From the human T2T-CHM13v2.0 reference genome, Homo sapiens: a stretch of DNA of 64,000 bases. The stretch lies in NCBI RefSeq assembly GCF_009914755.1, contig NC_060925.1; one strand, given 5' to 3'. Below are positions 58,258 to 64,000 of this stretch, piece by piece. Position numbers and translations under genes: made by a program. Each line of letters begins with the position of its first letter. Position 1 is the first letter of the stretch. The notes beneath the pieces were generated by a model that ran no database searches, was not told where the DNA came from, and was given only the letters and a program-made list of their open reading frames with translations.

Positions 58258-60309
58258 CTAGCATTTCTGCCTTTTCCCGTTAAATGGCGAGACCATCCCA
58301 ACTCAACCATTAAGACAACAAAATTCACCCCCACAGATGCTTTCCCAATGAGAATCACTGCACCAAACCAAGAAGACACACAGAGAGGTGAATGGGGATA
58401 TTGGGTAGGACTCCAAGATTTTCCTCAGACCTCAAAGATAATGAGACATCACCTCAACATGATTTCCTGTGACTATCCAGACTTGTTAGGCTTTTTCTTC
58501 AGCAAAGGAGTCAGGAATGAACAGAAAAGACTCTAGTAGACTCCAAGGTGAGTGTCCCGTTGGCTTTTCCCTCTCTGGACCCTGGGAGAAGAGGAGGAGG
58601 TAGATGACTGCTCGGCAGACAAGCTCTTCCTCCCCACCCCACTCAAACCCAACAAGACAAACTTCACTTCTTGATTTCTGTTTTTAAAAAGGAAGAACAA
58701 ATAAAGCAAGAGGCTGAAACTGAATGAAATTCAGTTCTCCTGTCCCTCACATCTCCTGTCTATTAATAGCCTCTTTGAATGAGTCACATTGAGACATTTA
58801 TTGGCTGTCTCTGAGAGTGCTTTTACCCAAAATAGTTCCCAAGCCATGTTTCTATGCTGCTGTGATGCTGGGACAGCCAACACAGGCGCCGTTTCTCAAA
58901 GAAGAAACATGCATGTAAATCAGGTTTCACCTGGGCGGGCTGGGCCGGGGCCCAGAGTCAAAATACCAATCGGCCCCTCACAAACTTAAAATACTGAGGG
59001 CATGAATGCTTCATCCTCCGGACTCTCCCCCAGAGACCAGCCTCCTGGCGTCTCCTTGAAGAAGCACCTCATTGTCTCCACAGACCTTGGTGTTGTCTCA
59101 ACTCTTACATGGTTTCTTTAATGGCTTTTTGGGGGAATGCTGTTGTGCTTCCACATGTGTGTACTGAGGGGACAGGGACAGAGAGAAAACAAGTGAGATG
59201 TTATTTCTCCCAGGACCCTAGAGCCAGGGTCTGCTCCTCCTTGTCCCTCAGAGCCTAATCCCCTCAGGGCAGGTGCCTCACTTTCCTCATTTCATGCCAC
59301 CCCAGCCCCTCATTTCCTCCTCTGTCCCAAGCCATTTTTAACTGTCTGACTGGGAAGGATCTGACCTGACAGGACAATTAAATATTAATACTGTGATTGA
59401 AGAGTCTGTGTGTAAATCAATTAAAAATAGGACATGTGGGGCTCAGATATTTTTAACCTATTTTTTCTTTCTGTCTGGAAAACTCTTGCTGCATAGCTCA
59501 GACCCGGGTGCCTTGGGGCTGGGATGGATTCTGGAAGGTGGGGAGGGCAGGCTGGGAAGCTGGTCACCACCGTCCTCAGATGGGTGCTGTGTGTAGGGGC
59601 TGATGTGGCCTTTCTCCTACCACGCAGAAAGAAGGGGGTTCCATGCACCAGTCCCCTCCTCCTCCATCAAAACCTCCCAGGACTAGCTGTCACTCTCTTT
59701 GGGCTCCCCTCCTGTGCCAGTTTACATCACGTTTGTAATTATTTGATTTTTTATTGCACTGTATTCTAGAATGTGAGGGAACACATTCTAGAGGGCAGGA
59801 ACCATCCTCTCCATCTTTCCATACAGGTCCCCGCCCAGCTGGAATGTGCTGGGCACTTAATAAATGTTTGTGCAATGAACCAACAGCAAGACAATGACAT
59901 CTGCCACTTGTTACAACTTCCTTATTTGAAATGGCAAACCTGTTTAATGACAATCCTTCTGCCCCTTCCAAGTCAACTCAAGGTAGCATGTGGGTGAAAA
60001 CAGTTTACATGGAGAAAGTATAATGTTTATAAATAAACATTTATTCCATCATCTCTTTCTGTAAAAGAAGCAGAGTGGGCAGCTGCTCCCAGACCCCGAG
60101 ATAAATTGATTACCCACCATCAGCAGGCACAGATTTTGGCTCTGAGCTTCCTGGAAGCCCAGGCCAAAAGGAAGACATTGTAGGCAACATGGTTTTCATT
60201 TACTCAGCCAAAAGATCACAAGTCAGTCTGCAGAGACAAAGTTTTTCCAAAACTCTCTAACTCAAGAGTGATTTGGTATGTGAATCCTTACACTGAAATC
60301 CTAAAGCAA

Positions 60310-60484
<175 letters not shown>

Positions 60485-60496
60485 GAAATCCTAAAG

Positions 60497-60699
60497 CAAG
60501 CTTGTCCAACCCACAGCTCACGGGTCGCATGCAGCCCAGGATGGCTTTGAATGTGGCCCAACACAAATTTGTAAACTTTCTTAAAACATTAGGAGTTCTT
60601 TTGCAATTTCGGCTATTGTTAGTGTATTTTATGTGTGGCCCGAGACAATTCTTCTTCTTCCAGTGTAGCCCAGGGAAGTCAAAAGATTGGACACCCCTG
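60497..60699. mobile_element. MER30 (hAT-Charlie) DNA transposon
   Basis: Ends CAAGCTTGTCCAA / TTGGACACCCCTG; internal GGATGGCTTTGAATGTGGCCCAACACAAATT; 8-bp TSD TCCTAAAG. Confidence 0.88.
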
Positions 60700-60789
60700 T
60701 CCTAAAGTGTCATTTAGCTGTTCCTCAAATAAGCCACACTGACTTCTGCCACAGGACTCGTCCATCTCCTGGAATGTTCGGCAGAGCTT

Positions 60790-61085
60790 CTTGACATTCG
60801 CCTCCCTGCTCAAGTATCCCCTCAGAGCAGCCATCCTGCCCCCCAGCACCCACTCCTAGCACCACACTCGAACCACACTTTGCCTTCCTTTATTTCTCTC
60901 CGTTGCATTTACACTCACTCATCCAAGTCCTTTACTTATGTGTTTGTCTGCTTGTTTTCTGTCTCCTTCACTAGACTATAAGCCTCATGAGGGCAGGGAT
61001 TTTGTCTGTTTGGTTCATTGCTGTATTCCCAGGTCCTAGATTAGCACTTGCTATCTAACAAGCGTTAAATATATATTAGCTGAAT
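60790..61085 (+). mobile_element. L2 3' fragment
   Basis: CACTAGACTATAAGCCTCATGAGGGCAGGGATTTTGTCTGTTTGGTTCATTGCTGTATTCCCAG. Confidence 0.75.
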
Positions 61086-61669
61086 TGTGACTCGAGGACA
61101 TTTTCAAGCAGGATTTTTGGAAGTGACAGAAACACTGTTTTAAAAGAAGACTCCTGTAATTATGAAGACTGTCTGATGAGTATGATATAAAATGTTCCAG
61201 GTACTTTGATTTCTTATAATACAATTTCATACAGGGATAGAATGTGGAGGATCTATAAATGGGTTGCATTAACAAGTTCCTGGGTCTGTCATCTGTCTCA
61301 AACATCAGGAGCCTAAGTGAGATTTGGCAAGTCTTCTTTCACTCAGGGTCTGCTCTTAATTGGACTTCCCAGCAACTACTCCAAGTACAGCTCTTCAAGA
61401 CTGCTTAAAATGTGAACCTTCTGGTTTAGCTACCGGACAACAAGGCAACACCTGCAGATGCTTAAGAGCTGGATTTACAGCCTCATCCTCCGAAAAAGAG
61501 AACTAACTTCAGCAGGAACAAGGACAGCTGGAGTAACTACAGGCAGAGCCAGTGCCTCCTGTAAGAGAACTCTGAACACTGTCTGGAGCTCACACAAGTT
61601 CCTGGAATAATGCTTTAAGTTCTATAATCTGTAATGCCTTGAAATTCTATATCTGTATGATATATAATC

Positions 61670-62200
61670 TGTATTAGTTATCTGTTGCTGCATAACAAAT
61701 TATCCCCAAAGATTAGCAGCTTAAAATGACCAACATGTGTCATCCCATAGTCTCCGTGGGTCAGGAATTTGAGAGCAGCTTAGCTGGGTGGTTCTGGCTC
61801 AGGGTCTCTCACGAGGTTGATGTCAAGATATTGGCCAGGGCTGCTGTCATCCAAAGGCTTGACTGGGGCTGGAGAGTCAAGGTGGCTCACTCATGTGCCT
61901 GCTGACAGTTTCTCACTTTGTTCTCCTCACCACCAGGGCCTCTCCAGAAGGCCACTTGAGGGTCTTTATGTCATGACAGCTGGCTTCCCCCAGAGCAAGT
62001 GATCTGAGAGAGTGAGCAAAAGGGAAGCCTCAATGCCTTTATGGCCTCATCTCAGAAGTCAAACAGTCTCTTCCACTATGTTCTATTTGTTGAAAGTGAG
62101 TTGCTAATTTCAAGCCATATTCAAGTGAAGAAAAATTTAGCTTCACCTCTTAAAGGAAGGAGAATTAAAGAATTTGTAGACATATTTTAAAAGCAGCACA
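61670..62200 (-). mobile_element. MLT1 (MaLR) solo LTR
   Basis: TGTATTAGTTATCTGTTGCTGCATAACAAATTATCCCCAAA...GGGTCAGGAATTTG...GGCTCAGGGTCTCTCACGAGG. Confidence 0.82.
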
Positions 62201-62712
62201 CCAGCTAATGTGAAGAAAGTGGTCTCAGCAGGAGAAATATGTGCAATAGCCATTACCAGGCAGAGAGGTTCTGTGTAAGAGGAAGCATGATGCACTGAGA
62301 AGATCCTGGATGAAGAATTAGACATTCCAGGACTCACATCTCAAACCCATCACTTAACAGCTGCATGAATTCAAAGATGTTTACCTTCTCTGGGCTTCAG
62401 TTTTCCCTTGTTTAAGATGGAGATAATGTTACTCATTTTGCTGAAATACTACGAGAAATAGAGAAAGTCCGTGTCAATCTCTCTGGGCACACAATAAATA
62501 CTCAAGAAATGGTAGGTCTTATTAAATTGCGCCATGACACCTCTGTGAATCCTTAATTCTTGAAGAATTATAAATGGGTATACTGTACAATGTAGGAAAA
62601 TGGATAAACCACTAAAGAGTATTACCTAAGATATGCCACATAAATGGCAGTAGATGTTTATCTAATATAGTAATTTTGGTTTGATACTCAGCTTATCCAT
62701 CTGGGATATTTA

Positions 62713-62742
<30 letters not shown>
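62713..62742. repeat. (TG)n microsatellite
   Basis: Read directly. Confidence 0.9.
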
Positions 62743-62743
<1 letters not shown>

Positions 62744-62800
62744 ACACTGTGCCCCTAGTTCTCCAATAACATTTAAACGGCTTACAAAAATACCAATTGC

Positions 62801-63094
62801 AGCCAGTCATGGTGGCTCACACCTATAATCCCAGCACTTTGAGAGGCTGAGGCGGGAGGATTGCTTGCGTCCAGGAATTTGAGACCAACCTGGACAATGT
62901 AGGGAGCGCTCATCTCCACAAAAAATACAAAAATCAGCTGGGCATGGTGCAAGTACCTGTAGCTCCAGCTACATGGAAGGCTGAAGTAGAAGGATCACCT
63001 GAGCCCAGATTGAGGCTATAGTGAGCTATGATTGCATCACTGCACTCCACCCTGGACAACAGAGCAAGACCCTGTGTCCAAAAAAAAAAAAAAA
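62801..63094 (+). mobile_element. AluJ SINE
   Basis: Diverged dimer with poly(A); AAAAA(T/C)ACCAAT on both sides. Confidence 0.9.
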
Positions 63095-63105
63095 ACACCA
63101 ATCTC

Positions 63106-63222
63106 AGCTGGGTGTTGTAGTGTGTGCCTGTAGTCTCAGCTACTCAGGAGGCTGAAGCAAGTGGATCCCTTGAACCCAGGAACTCAAGCCCAGCCTGGGC
63201 AATATTGCAAGACTCCATATCT
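63106..63222 (+). mobile_element. FLAM-like Alu monomer
   Basis: About 120-bp monomer ending CAGCCTGGGCAATATTGCAAGACTCCATATCT. Confidence 0.75.
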
Positions 63223-63269
63223 ATTTTTTAACGAATTGCAGAATAAAGTCATTGGAAACAAAATGTTAT

Positions 63270-63585
63270 GGCCATGTGCAGTGGCTCACGCCTGTAATAC
63301 CAGCACTTTAAGAGGCCAAGGTGGGAGGACCACTTGAGCCCAGGAATTTGAGACCAGCTTGGACAACATAGTAAGACCCCATCTCCACAGAATTAAACAA
63401 ATAGTCAAGCGTGGTGGAGTACATCTGTAGTCCTAGTGGAAGGCTGAAGTGGGAGGATCACTTGGACCCAGGAATTCAAGCTTACCATGAGCTATGATTG
63501 TGCCACTGCACTCCAGCCTGGGTGACAGAACAAGATGTTATCTTAAAAAAAGGAAAGGAAAGGAAAGGAAAGAAAGAAAAAAAAT
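63270..63585 (+). mobile_element. AluJ SINE
   Basis: Diverged dimer, tail with (GGAAA)n. Confidence 0.9.
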
Positions 63586-64000
63586 TTTTAAAGTATGCTA
63601 TGAAAAACAAACAGAAACCCAGGAATATGCAAAGCACAAATCAGAGGAGAAAAAAGACTAAAGTGAGGAGGAAAATAAAAATAATTTGAGACAAAATTTT
63701 GGGCTCTAAGCCAAAATGAACAGAGGACCATGATCAGGGTCACAAGGAGATACTAAGTACTTTTTCTAGAGCTTGATTCTAAAGGGAATGTCTCATGAGA
63801 AAGTCACCATAAAACACACAGAAAGATGTAAAACTATCCCTAGGGGAGCTATAATCACTATATTTTTAAAGCCTATGGCATCCTATGAGCATGCAGAAGA
63901 CATGATCTCAAAGCTACCACTTGATAATGGCAATTCTGCAGGGGTCATGTCTGCTTGGCATATCTAGAAGAGTGCATGGAAGACAGCCTACATGTCTTTT

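Overview
Primate (most likely human) genomic DNA: CpG-depleted, with about 22 Alu copies and many older L1, L2, MIR, MER and MLT relics. The only protein-coding sequence I can support is the 3' end of a + strand gene that I recognise from its peptide as C1orf21 (human 1q25.3, recalled). It comprises a 61-nt penultimate coding exon (7628-7688, MHISESQQEFFRMLDEKIEK), a ~21-kb final intron, and a last exon starting at 28745 (GRDYCSEEEDIT*) followed by a ~9.5-kb Alu-free 3'UTR that probably ends just after ATTAAA at 38226. The remaining ~26 kb is intergenic, and nearly all entries in the supplied ORF track are Alu, microsatellite or chance ORFs. I found no evidence of a new multi-gene system. The best leads are testable RNA-processing and regulatory hypotheses: a candidate poison/alternative exon before the last exon, a frameshifted basic C-terminus on exon skipping, a triple miR-141/200a seed cluster, multiple poly(A) signals, a homeodomain-site cluster, orphan exon-like units, and several readable nested-insertion histories. 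Repeat subfamily names come from recalled consensus sequences, and many repeat boundaries are approximate.
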